From Selaginella moellendorffii (taxonomy: Eukaryota; Plantae; Lycopodiophyta): 64,000 bases of DNA. Position 1 is the stretch's first letter; each line of letters begins with the position of its first letter. Shown here piece after piece: positions 38,558 to 52,184 of this stretch. The DNA is taken from contig NW_003314309.1 in the NCBI RefSeq assembly GCF_000143415.4, positions 1,400,572 through 1,464,571 on the forward strand. Reading direction: 5' to 3'. Both the position numbers and the translations under genes were made by a program. The notes beneath the pieces are model-generated. The model made no database searches. It saw only the letters and a list, made by a program, of their open reading frames with translations, and was not told where the DNA came from.

Positions 38558-40503
38558 ATGGAAGAAGACGATGCGTGGCGGTCGTGGCTGGATTCCGCGA
38601 TCGCGCACTTGATCGGCTCCAAGGTCCTTCGATCCATGCGCACTGTGAGTGTAGCTAGCGGCGCCAGCAGCGCCACTAGCAGCGGCAATGCAGGTGGATT
38701 TTCCGATAATCGAGGCGCCTGGGAAGATCAAGCGGTACAACTCCAAGTCTCTCCCGAGACATTCCAGCGCTGGATCGATGATGAGCCTAGCACAGGTACG
38801 CAAAAGAGAAGTATGAGGAGTAAACTTTTTTGTTTCTCAGGAGAATCGTGTGGAGAGAAAGAGAGAATGCGATCGCTCATCCAATTCTCTGGAAACGATT
38901 ATCTTGGACTCTCCATGCATCCGGCTGTTCGCTCCGCCGCATCCAAGGTGCTAGATCCAGTCTTTCATCTATCAATTTTTCTCTACTCCTGTCCAGGCTG
39001 CTATCGAATTTGGAATGGGACCAAGAGGCTCTGCTCTTATTTGTGGCTATACGATTCATCACAGAAGACTTGAATCGGCTATAGCATCGCTTAAAAACAC
39101 AGAGGTTCGTTTCTTTCTTTTTTTCTGCTACAAGCTTTTTACTTTTTTTTTCTTCTTCTGTAGGAATGCTTGCTGTGTCCTACAGGATTTGCAGCTAATA
39201 TGGCTGTTATGACCGCAATCTCCATGAATATTCCAGGCTTCTCCTCGCAGAACAAGATAGCTATCTTTTCCGACGAGTTAAATCATGCTTCGATCATCGA
39301 CGGTGTCCGGGTGGCTCAAAAGCAGAATAACTCCGAGGTTTACGTCTATTCCCATAATAACATGAGAGAATTAGAAAGCAAGCTGTAAGTTCTTGTCCTC
39401 TGGTGACTTGCGTGTTTTAATCCTTTCTCCTTTCTCTCTCTCTCTCTCTCTTTTATGCAGATCTTCCTGCAAACTTGAGAGGAAAGTCGTGGTTACTGAC
39501 AGGTAAGTCCACTTTAAAATCAGTCAAAGCTCTCAACCAATCTTTGGTGTAGTCTATTTAGCATGGATGGAGATTTCGCCCCTCTGGACAAGCTTGTCCA
39601 ACTGCGGGATAAGTATAATTTTGTTCTGGTTATCGACGATGTAAGTTTTCTGTATCATCTTTATAGTTTTAGAATTGGAGTGCACCTGCAGGCCCACGGA
39701 ACTTTGGTCTGTGGTGAAAATGGAGGTGGAGTGGCCGAAGCTTATGGCGTCGAAGAAAAAATCGATGTTTATGTCGGCACTTTGAGCAAAGCATTTGGTT
39801 GTCAGGGTGGTTTCATTGCTACCAGGTATGATATAATTCTCTCTCAACCGTTTCTTAAGCATTTTCTCTGCAGTCGCAAGTGGAAGTTGCTGATGCAATC
39901 TAGAGGCCGCTCTTTCGTTTTTTCGACTTCGCTCACTCTTCCCGTGGTGGCGGCGGCTCATGGTAAAGCTGTAAGCTAAAAACATTTTCTTTCTTCATGA
40001 CCTTGCTTATGGGCTTTTGCTGTATGGCAGCTGCTCTCGTCGTTGCTAGCGAAGAAAAATGGCGGCGTCAAGCACTGTGGAGCAGAGTAAAACAATTTGC
40101 TCATTTGACGGGGCTAGACATACAAAGTCCAATCGTTTCGGTGGTCATTGGCAGCGAGAAAGATGCACTCCTGGCGAGCAAGTAAGAGCCATGATTTTCC
40201 TTTTTCTTAGTCCTCGTGTTGCAAAGTTCAAACGACATTTCTTTTTCGTTACGTAGGGACGTTCTCAAGGCTGGTTTTCATGTACTGCCAATTAGACCAC
40301 CAGTTGTTCCTCCAAATTCATCCAGGTAACCACATTTTCTCGTATCTAGAACTCACTGCTTGCTTCTTATGCTTATGTCTAGGCTTAGAATCACTTTGTG
40401 TGCCTCGCATACAGAAGCTCATGTACAGGCTCTATACGAATGTCTTGCTCCATGGCTATCACGAAGCAAGACGATCGGCTTGGAGCCTCTCTCCAAGCTG
40501 TGA
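38558..40503 (+). CDS. BIOF: 8-amino-7-oxononanoate (KAPA) synthase, PLP-dependent, multi-exon, C-terminal PTS1 -SKL
   Basis: FSGNDYLGLS, FSDELNHASIIDG, FSMDGD, DDAHG, GTLSKAFG, PIRPPVVP, LRITL; ends ...EPLSKL*. Confidence 0.95.
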
Positions 40504-40722
40504 GACACGACAGATTTACAGGCGATTATACGAAGTTACTTTTTTCTCTGGTAACTCAAAGAATCACATGCATAACTCTTGTCTGTCACATGTAGAGACA
40601 GGAGAAAGTTTGCTTCCAACGCAAATCTTCTGTTCCCGTCTACTTCAATTAAACGAGGTAAGTTCTTATGTTCTTGAGAGTTCTCACAGATAGGATCTAA
40701 TCGTTTATCTTCAGACGTGAAA

Positions 40723-41766
40723 ATGTCATTGGTTCTGCTGTTGCTGCTGCTGCTGCTGCTGTCCCTGGTTGTGCATTCGGTCCCAACGATCGGTGCCAGA
40801 GGAGTACTTGGCAAAGATGGAAACTCCATCGCTTATCTCGCAGACTTTAGAGTGAACTCCACCCCCATCTTTGACGAGAGGCCCGACGTCTTCTTTGCGA
40901 TGGACACGAATGCGCAGCACGTCAGACTCTCCAGTAATTCGTGCGCCGCCGCCGACACACGCATCACCAAGCTGGGCCTCTGGTCGCTTCAAACAGCACA
41001 AGATGGCCAGGTTGCAAGTACGTCCGACTCGTTCCTCGGCAACGTTGACATCCTCTGCCGCAAGAAAGGCCGCAACGTCGCCCCGCTGAGCTCCAAGAAC
41101 ACGAGCTTGCCCGCGCAGCTCTCCAAACTCGAGAAAACTCCTCTCAGGTTCGCCTATGTTCTTTGGGATCAAACGTTTGCAACGCTTCTCTTTGGCAAGA
41201 CGCTGTGGATCCAGTACACAGGTCTGGAGAGGACAGTGCCGGTCGTGTTCGTCCACATTCCTCTCAAGCTGGACGCCACTGCGGCGAGCTACATGGTGAA
41301 GCTGACCGGCATTGGATTCAAAGAGTTTTTGATCCGGCAGAAGTACTACGTCGAGATCAGCGTCACCCAGCGCTTCACCACTCTCCCGTCCAAGATCTAC
41401 AGCTTCATCGTGAATCAGTTCCAGCAAGAGGCAAGCGAGAAGAAGATCAAGCGAGTCTCCGCCAGCGCCTACAACGGAAAGCTGAGCTTGTGCTACCAGA
41501 TGAGGAGCTCCGACATTAGAGGATTCCGCAACGTCACCATGGTGTTTAGTAGCAAGTTCAGGTGGAGCGTTCCAGCGGACAAGTCCTTGGTGCCAAAGCC
41601 CGGCGCGAGCAACGTGTTTTGCCTGGCATATCTGCAAGCTCCTGGGAATGGCAGCCATGGAGTTATTGGAACGCTCCAGCAAGAACGCCGCGCCATGGAC
41701 TTTAACTTGGAAACGAAGCGCTTGGGTGTAAGTTTTCCTCTCATTGGATCCCTCACCACTCCTTGA
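40723..41766 (+). CDS. Secreted pepsin-fold protein lacking catalytic motifs (TAXI/XEGIP/7S globulin-like)
   Basis: Signal peptide; FAMDTN in place of DTG; EISVTQRFTTLP in place of DSGT; LCY, CLAY, VIGTLQQ. Confidence 0.8.
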   Translation: MSLVLLLLLLLLLSLVVHSVPTIGARGVLGKDGNSIAYLADFRVNSTPIFDERPDVFFAMDTNAQHVRLSSNSCAAADTRITKLGLWSLQTAQDGQVASTSDSFLGNVDILCRKKGRNVAPLSSKNTSLPAQLSKLEKTPLRFAYVLWDQTFATLLFGKTLWIQYTGLERTVPVVFVHIPLKLDATAASYMVKLTGIGFKEFLIRQKYYVEISVTQRFTTLPSKIYSFIVNQFQQEASEKKIKRVSASAYNGKLSLCYQMRSSDIRGFRNVTMVFSSKFRWSVPADKSLVPKPGASNVFCLAYLQAPGNGSHGVIGTLQQERRAMDFNLETKRLGVSFPLIGSLTTP

Positions 41767-42299
41767 GAACACCTTCTCTCTTTGTTTAGTTTTCCAATGG
41801 AGCTGGAGCTCGAAAATCATGTGTTTTTCCTCTTCTTCTCCTCGAAAGAATGAAGAAAACCTTCTCTTCCGTAGATCGGCTATAAAGTTTTGGAAGCAAA
41901 AGAGTGTTTTCTCTTGAAAATCTTTGATCTTTCTCTTCTCCATAGTTCTCTTCCCTGGATTCCAAGTTACCATTAATGTTTTTGAGCGTATGAGACCACA
42001 CACAAATACCATGTGTGTAATATCGCGAAGCTATGGACGAAACTTACTCGAAAGGCTGCCACCGTCTTGCTAGCTACACGTGATTGACGCGATGTTTACA
42101 AGTCCAAATTGGTCGCCGCGCACTTGACTTCCTCGCTATAAAAATCCCGGTCCTCATCTCCTCATCCAAGCAGATCTAGAGAACTTCCATCCAGTGTTTT
42201 TCAAGTTTTCGTAGGCTGTCTCTAGCTAGTACGTCGCGGATTGATCTTCTTATCTACTGTTCTTGGTGTGTCTTCTAGCGAAAATCTTGCTGGAAAACG

Positions 42300-43343
42300 A
42301 TGTCGCCACTGCCAATACTTCTATCACTGCTGCTATCACTGCTGCCCCTTTCAGTCCACTCGCAGATCCCGACAGTGGACGCCACGGCAGTGCTCGCCAG
42401 CGATGGAAACTCCATCACTTACCTCGCCAGGCTCGCGCTTAACACCACCCCCGTGTTCGATAGCGCCATAGATTCTCGCTTCGCCATGGACACGAACGCG
42501 CAAGTCGTCTCTTTCTCCAACACCTCCTGCCCGGCGGCCAGCAAGCTGGGAATCTCGACGCTCGTCACTGGAAACACTGGCATAGTCGCGGCCATGTTCG
42601 ATTCCTTCGTCGCCAACATCCCCATCCTCTGCCGCAAGAACAGCCGCAGCATCGCGGCGCTGGGATCCAAGAACACGGCCTTGCCCGCGCAGATCTCCAG
42701 AAGCCTTGGGCTTCCTCTTCGATTCGCCTACACGCTGCGGGACACCTCCGCGTCCATCTTCTTCGGCAAGACGGCCTGGATCCAGTACACGCAAATCGTC
42801 CCACCCGTGACCGTGCCCGTGGAGTTCATGCAAATCCCTCTCAAGCTGGATGGTGCCGCGAGCTACATGGTGAAGATGACCGGCATTGGAATCAAGGCGT
42901 TTCTCACCGGCCAGGAGGATAACGTCGAGATCAGCGTCACGCAGCGCTTCACCACTCTTCCGCCCAAGATCTATGGCTTCGTCGTGGCCCAGTTCCAGCA
43001 AGAGGCGAGCGAGAGGAAGATCAAGAGAGCTTCGACGAGCGCTTACAATGGGAAGCTGGGCTTGTGCTACCAGATGAGGAGCTCCGATGTTACCAGGTTT
43101 CGCAATGTGACCATGGTTTTCAGCAGCAAGTTCCGGTGGAGCGTTCCAGCGGACAAGTATTTGGTGCCAAAGCCCGGGACGAGCAACGTTTTCTGCTTGG
43201 CATACCTGGAGTTGGCTGCTGGGAATGGCAGCCATGGAGTTATTGGAACGCTACAGCAGGAAGACCGCGCCATGGAATTTAACTTGGAGAGGAAGAGCTT
43301 GGGTGTAAGCTCTCCCCTCATTGGAGCTCTTATCTCACCTTAA
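42300..43343 (+). CDS. Tandem paralog of the TAXI/XEGIP-like protein
   Basis: Same motifs; C-terminal half highly similar to 40723-41766; TATA-like ctataaaa near 42137. Confidence 0.8.
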   Translation: MSPLPILLSLLLSLLPLSVHSQIPTVDATAVLASDGNSITYLARLALNTTPVFDSAIDSRFAMDTNAQVVSFSNTSCPAASKLGISTLVTGNTGIVAAMFDSFVANIPILCRKNSRSIAALGSKNTALPAQISRSLGLPLRFAYTLRDTSASIFFGKTAWIQYTQIVPPVTVPVEFMQIPLKLDGAASYMVKMTGIGIKAFLTGQEDNVEISVTQRFTTLPPKIYGFVVAQFQQEASERKIKRASTSAYNGKLGLCYQMRSSDVTRFRNVTMVFSSKFRWSVPADKYLVPKPGTSNVFCLAYLELAAGNGSHGVIGTLQQEDRAMEFNLERKSLGVSSPLIGALISP

Positions 43344-43834
43344 CTGAAATTAACTTGGTTTTGCTTGTTAAATAAAGAAATATATAAAACAGCTTTATTA
43401 TTAAGAATCTATGGTTTTCTAAGCATTATAATTTTGACAAAGATTAGATTAGATTAGGTTATCAAAAGGAATTAATTTGATTCTAGAATATTTTTGGATA
43501 GGAGAAGGGGGAGATTTTCTTGGGAGAAAGGGGGGAGTTATAGGAAAAAACTCTTATCACACCTTAACTGAAATTAACTGGATTTTGATTGTTATATAAC
43601 AAATAAAGAAAATAGAATAGCTTTATTATTAAGAATTTACATAAAAACTATGGTTTTCTATGCATTATAATTTTGACAAAGATTAGATGAGATTAGGTTA
43701 GATGTTTATGACCTGTATGAAATAGGTTAAAAATCAAAAGGAATTAATTTGATTCTAGAATATTTTTGGAGGCAAGGAAGTATAGGAGAAGGGGGAGGAT
43801 TTTCTTGGGAGAGAGGGGGGAGTTATAGGAAAAA
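43327..43834 (+). repeat. Imperfect tandem duplication (~225 and ~285 bp) of the intergenic region upstream of NF-YB
   Basis: ctcttatc..accttaactgaaattaact ... ggggggagttataggaaaaa occurs at 43327-43550 and 43551-43834. Confidence 0.85.
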
Positions 43835-43847
43835 GGAGGAGGAGGAG

Positions 43848-44192
43848 ATGGAGGAGGGCAACAAGGACAAGGATCGTCACTTGCCCATCGCCAACATCGG
43901 CAAGATCATGAAGCGCGTGCTGCCGGACAACTCCAAGATGACCAAGGACGCCAAGGATCTCGTCCAAGAGTGCGTGTCCGAGTTTATCTGCTTCGTCACC
44001 GGCATCGCCGCCGACCGCTGCACCAAGGAGAAGCGCAAGACCATCAATGGCGACGACATCCTCAAGGCGCTCCAGCAATTAGGGTTCGCGGAGCACGCCG
44101 AGATCGTTCGCGTCTACTTCGAGCGCAAGGTCGCGCAGGAAGCTGCCGCTGCCGCCGCCGCCGCCGCCGGTGGTAAGGCCGCTACTCGCTAG
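43848..44192 (+). CDS. NF-YB: Nuclear factor Y subunit B, non-LEC1 type; 3' end may be spliced
   Basis: [14 protein letters not shown]...[15 protein letters not shown]...[15 protein letters not shown]. Confidence 0.9.
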   Translation: MEEGNKDKDRHLPIANIGKIMKRVLPDNSKMTKDAKDLVQECVSEFICFVTGIAADRCTKEKRKTINGDDILKALQQLGFAEHAEIVRVYFERKVAQEAAAAAAAAAGGKAATR

Positions 44193-44919
44193 GATTTCTT
44201 CTTTTGCTTTTCTTTCTAGGCGCTCTCCTCCTCCATTGCAAGGAGCTCTTGTAACACACAAGCACACACACTTTTTTGATACATATATACATTCTTCTGA
44301 TCACTTTGGTAAGCTCTCTTTGATTCTCTTCTTCTTTTCGTACATGGAGCTGTTAAAGGTCGCCTCAGTTTATTCTTTGCTGGCTTCACAAATTGATTCA
44401 CTTTTTCTTTTGTTTCTAGGATATATGGTATATGGCTGCTAAATCTAATCTTACAGCTGTGGTAAGTTCCTAGATTATTTTTTTCTGTTTGCTTATTGTT
44501 TGCAAATGCGACCTTGGCTTCACTTCGGAGCGATGGCAGACAACTTACTGATGTTGATGAAATTCTCGCTGAACAAGATTGTGTGTGTTAGTGTGTTTCC
44601 ACTCTGATATTCGCTTCCATCCACCAAGAAGACCGCTTAGAGCGCAGATTCGAGTAACTTTATAGACTGTGGCAAAAGCTCTGTAAGCTGCCAGTAGTAA
44701 CGAAACCTATTACCATTACTTCTAACTCATCCTGGGATTATTCTATCTTAGAAAATAAAAGCAAGAAAAGTAGCATGATGAGCTACTTTATAAGGTTTTC
44801 CCATTAGATATCTATGCTAGGAAGGTTTGCTTCAGCAAACCAAAAGTATTTGGTAAGCATTAGCTGTCAAAACTATTGGAAGGCTTTGTTTTATCCTCTA
44901 CAGCCTCCACTGACTGATT

Positions 44920-47307
<2,388 letters not shown>

Positions 47308-47568
47308 CTCTGGCCTGGTACCATTAACTACACCGTGTTGCCTGGATCAGCTTTGAGAGAGAAAGAGAGATAGAAAAAGAGAAAAGAGGGGAAGTTTGGG
47401 AAACTTAATACAAGCAAGTTATCAAAGAAGAAAGTCGAAAAGAGTGTGCCATGTACGTAGAAACCAGCAAAGAAAAGAAGATGGATACGACACGTTCCAA
47501 AGCGTGATCTTTTGTCTTTCAAAGCTTCAGTGGAAGAGAGCTTTGCGATTCGGTTGCCCTCAATTCCA

Positions 47569-49222
47569 TTGACTCTTCTGACACTGAGCGACAAATAACT
47601 ATCCTTTCAAAGACTTCTCCGTCCAGGAGATGGATTGCAGCGAGATACAACGACTTGAAGAAATTTTTGAAAGAGGAAGAGAAAGAACACACACAATAGG
47701 GGGAGGATCCTAGAAGCAAGAAAAACATTCAACCCTTATAAACCCTCGAATTCAAGGGACTTTGTGGGGAAAGTTTTGCTTTTATTACCTGTTGGCTACG
47801 TCGCTGGCACTAAACCATCGTTTGCGGGTCCACGGCGTTCTAAACTCTGACTTGTTCGAGGACTTGCATCTGGGTGCTTCCACTGGATACGGCTACTTGT
47901 GTGCATGGGAGCGTCTGGACCGTGGGATCCCGCAACGTGGGCCCGCACGGACGGCCACGATTGTGGGCCACGAGGACTTGCGACTTGGGGACGCTTTTAT
48001 ATTCTTCCCAAGCTTGACCGGTTTTCAACAACAATAAAAGAAAAATTTCTCGTAGTTTTGTGTAGATTAGGATAGTTTGAAATCTTGGTGGTGTTGTCTA
48101 AGAAGGGTTGACCGGGATATATGCTCTCTAGCTCGCTTGATCGAATGACCATACGTGCTCGTGAAGAGCCCATTGTTTATCTGTCCTAGCAGAGTCAACG
48201 ATGATCAATGCGAGTGACATCATCATATTAAAATACGGAAACCACGCATTACAAGCTAAACAAGTAGAGTTTTGGGTGGTGTATACAGCTATACTTACAC
48301 GCAAAAGTCTCAAGCCCTGTGTATATTTTATCGCCCTGATCACTCCCAAGTCAAAGAAAAACTCTAGTCTCAACTGGTGTCATTAAATCATCCATGGCCA
48401 CTAAACTTCCACGCGAAGGTACGAATCTTTGATCGTGGAGGACGGATCCATGGTATACGCGAGAAATGAAAATGCCCGTCCAAGGTACAGCATTTGAGGA
48501 GAAGAGTAAGAGCTTGCATTAAATCTAATGTGTGGCATTTGCCTCACAATTGCGTCACGTAGAAGTTGACCTTGTTGAAACCATGTACAAGTAACACTAT
48601 ACTAATCCAAACTGTTCGTCGCGACAACATCAGCACATCCCCATATCCACATCGAGCATTGGATCATCGCACAGCACCCATTGGCAAATGCGAATTTTAA
48701 GATAGATCCAAGCGTAGGCATTGACCTCACCAAGAACAAAGCATTTGTGCTTCCAAGAGTTCTTAGCATAATACAGGCATATTCTCAGGTCGTTGACCGG
48801 TCAGAGACGCCGTTGACTAAATGTTATAGCTAATACTCCAACATTAAGCCATTTCAAACAGGACTTGGACTCTTTGATGCTTTGAACATGGCAATGGCAA
48901 TGCTAAACATTAGCAAATTGAGCTCATAAATGATACGATCATACTCACACGACACGACCACGTTTGGGCGATCGGATAAAATGCTTCTCAGCATTGACAC
49001 TATCAATTGTCAACTTGGGTTTAATCCCGCATGATCTCCTTTGGAAGCTTTCAATTGTCAACTAAGTAAGCTGTCATACCGACGGAGACAAGCCAAGAAC
49101 TTGCGCCTTGATCCCGCGTTTGTGGCTGATTTGGATTTTGACAATATCATCCCCAGCAAGCAGCTATTTGAGCATGTCCGGCCGCCGGATTTGCGTGTGG
49201 TGATCATGGACTAGCAAGTCAA
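47569..49222. promoter_or_regulatory. W-box (TTGACY) cluster upstream of the WRKY gene
   Basis: TTGACY or RGTCAA at 47569, 48014, 48108, 48193, 48349, 48566, 48721, 48793, 48813, 49217. Confidence 0.7.
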
Positions 49223-49660
49223 TCATTCGGATATAAACTAAGCACATCGTGTTAGATTAGATCATTGATTCTACAAGTGACAATGGTTTTCTCGTCCTTT
49301 TTTTCTCTCTTATACTTTTTTAGTTTCGATGCATCTTTTCAAAGTCTCCTGGGCCTGGGAACGAAAAACAAATATTAAACTTCAAAGAAAAAACTACCAA
49401 AAGAAAGCATTGAAATGGACTTTCTTGGCTGCGCATTGCTCAAATTTGTCTGGCTCCAGCTGCTGGCTTGGAGGTTGTAAGCTGTGCTGTGGCACCAAAA
49501 CATTAGTACATTACTTCTCCTGTCACTGGAACCTTTGTCGGGGCGAGAGGCCGAGATCCATTTAAAGCAAGTCTCTTGGCACAATTTCTTTATCATTCTT
49601 ATCACGTTTGTAGCATGGAAAGAAAAATTGTACCTTGTGAGTATAATTTTCTCCTCAGCG

Positions 49661-52025
49661 TCACCGCCCCAGCGCCACCTCTGGGCAGTTTCGGAGAGTA
49701 TCACAGCCCAGCACGTCCATGTACTCGCGTTTGATCCAAAACTTGTCGTAGACATCGCCGCTGCTGCTCTTTTTGTACTCGAACAGGAGAGTCGAGTGAT
49801 CGAACGCGGTCAGCTTGCCGAAACCGTAGTCTCTGTCGCGGACTAGGCTCCATGTCGTGTTGATCGGCGTGAAGTCTGCCAAGTGAGCGCCGGCACCGCC
49901 GACTACCAGGTGAATTGTCGCGTTGAACTTCCCGGAGTAGTTCTCGGTTTCCTTCCCCACGCATTGGTTCTGTAGGAAATGATGTGACGGGGTGAGACCT
50001 TACACTGCTCGGGAGTACCTGATAGACGGTGCAAGTTCGTTCGTAATGGTGGAGGTGACCATAGAATGCGAGGTCCACTTTGTACTTCTGCCAGAGCTTT
50101 TGGAATGTGTCTCTGGCCATGGCCTCTGCGAAGGTGCCTTGTGTGGCGTAGAACCACCCCGACGAGTAGCCAAGAACACGGTGTGCGATGAAGATGAGCC
50201 ATGGTTGCTTTTGCCTGTCCACGCTTGACAAGCACTCCTCTATGAATTTATACTGCTCGCTGCCTTCCTGCCAGTCATTCTCGGAGTCGGCAACACAAAA
50301 ACGAAACATTCCGTAGTCAGCTGAATACCTGCAGACGCAATCCAGAGTAAAACAGAAAGTACAAATGGAAAAAACAAACACTTGCCAAAATTTGGCTCTA
50401 TTTTTCGCTGGCATGTTGAACACTGTTTGAGCTGGAACACCACATTCACCACCGGAATCTGTAACGTTGTAAAACGAGCCGGAGAGAGGCCAATCCCTTT
50501 CATGGTTTCCACTGCATGGAGTTAAACGTCAGTGGAGTGGGACAAGAGCAATCAAACCAATGCCAGAAACCTGGCAATCATGTATGGCACTCGTGAAGAA
50601 ATTCTCTCAATCTGCTCCGTGAACTGATCCCACTGGGAAAGGTATCCATCGGAGTAAGTGATGTCACCGATATGGAAAACCATATCGATGTTGTCAAGAT
50701 CCTCGTTCAGGCGATCCGTCGTGTTCAGCGCACCAGGTTGATAGTCACTGTACTCGTTCGACAAGTCCCGTTCACCCTGCCAGTAAGGAAACTCAGTATT
50801 TTGTTTTTGGTCCACGAAAATACGCACCTTTCCCATGTCACCAAATATGACAACTCGTTGCAAGGAATCTTGTCCTGGAGCTGGAGATGACATGAAATGA
50901 TTCTCAGGACCGTAAACGGTGTCCCCGCTCTTCAACTTGTGAGCAATCTTATAAAAGTACCTGAGAGAAAGCAAGAAAGAAAAGGAGAAACTTAGGGGAG
51001 AGAAACTCTAAAAAAGAAAGTGTATACGTTGTGCTAGGCCAGAGATTCTTGAGGTAGCTTGTATGGATGTAGCCAGGATCACGCCAGCCGACTGTATTTG
51101 CTGGTGCACCTGGCCGAATACCACTAAGCAAATCGCAAACGCAAGAAAATTCCATACCGCACATATCCTTTTGAGTGAAGGTGAGGGTGGAGGCTGGAGC
51201 ACGAAAAGCGTATTTCTCATCTTCTGGACCCCAAAGAACAAAAGGCTTTGCTTCAGAAATAGAATATCCACTCGTCCAAGTAACAGTCATCTGATGTCAG
51301 ACCTTTAGAAAGTGATGTCACACAAACTATTGGATTACCTCATTCCAATCCTTGCCTAGAGCCAGTCTCGGGGAAACTGGAGCTTTGGGGTTCTTGAAGG
51401 CGACAGGTTGTGAAACAGCCACGAGAACTGGCTGCATGCAAAAAAATGCAACAGTTGGATCATTAAAGAATAACAGGTTTACCTTGTCAAGGTAGCCGCT
51501 GAACAATCCGAAAGCAAAATCTTGACGCTGGTTTATGAGTCGAAACGTAAGTTCCCCCCGTCCACTCATGGCGTATTGAGAGTCCGACATGTTGGCAAAC
51601 TGATACTGTCAAAGAAAAAAACACAGCGATAAACGACAGAACAAAAAACTGCTGCTCACCTTGATTGGCGCATTGCACAACCTCGGTTCTTCACCCAGCT
51701 GATCACTCAAGCACAGTTTGGAGCTGAAATTGGACGGTGAAAATACACCAATCCAGTCAGAGCTCGAGGCTCCAATTGGCATTTGAAAGATAACTCTCAC
51801 ATTGTCTACGTTTACGCCCTGGAAGAACAAACATATCAAACTTTGCACAAGCAAGAAGCGAGAAAAAGGTACCTTGAGACCAAGCACTTGTGGAGAAGCG
51901 GTGATACTGGCCGAAGATTGAAGCCGAACAGCAGACCTGTGAATCGAAATCCTGGACAGAGGCTGATGTTCGTCATTTGCCGCGACCAGAGCGCCAAAGA
52001 CCAATAGTACCCAAAAAGCAGCCAT
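49661..52025 (-). CDS. Purple acid phosphatase / nucleotide pyrophosphatase-phosphodiesterase type (multi-exon, secreted)
   Basis: Signal peptide; metal-ligand motifs GDMG, GDITY, GNHE, IAHR, GHLH; INQRQDFAFGLF, GWRDPGYIH. Confidence 0.93.
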
Positions 52026-52184
52026 TCTTTGTCAATAGCTCGGAGCCAGTGCTCCTATAGCAAGCCCGTATCTAGAAAAGAAAAAGGAATTCAAAAGGTT
52101 ACTGCCTGACTTTCTGCCTTCTCCAGACAAAGTCAAACCCAAAAAAAACAAGAAAAAAAAAGAGTAAAACACGAACCTGTGCTT

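Noticed and set aside
36877-40503. Vitamin cluster (TENA_E thiamine salvage + BIOF biotin)
   Set aside because: Different pathways, separated by IFT20; adjacency is plausible by chance in a compact genome.
40726-42012. 428-aa minus-strand ORF, and similar long antisense ORFs over the BBE, PPR and F-box genes
   Set aside because: Shadow ORFs of GC-rich intronless CDSs; no recognisable motifs.
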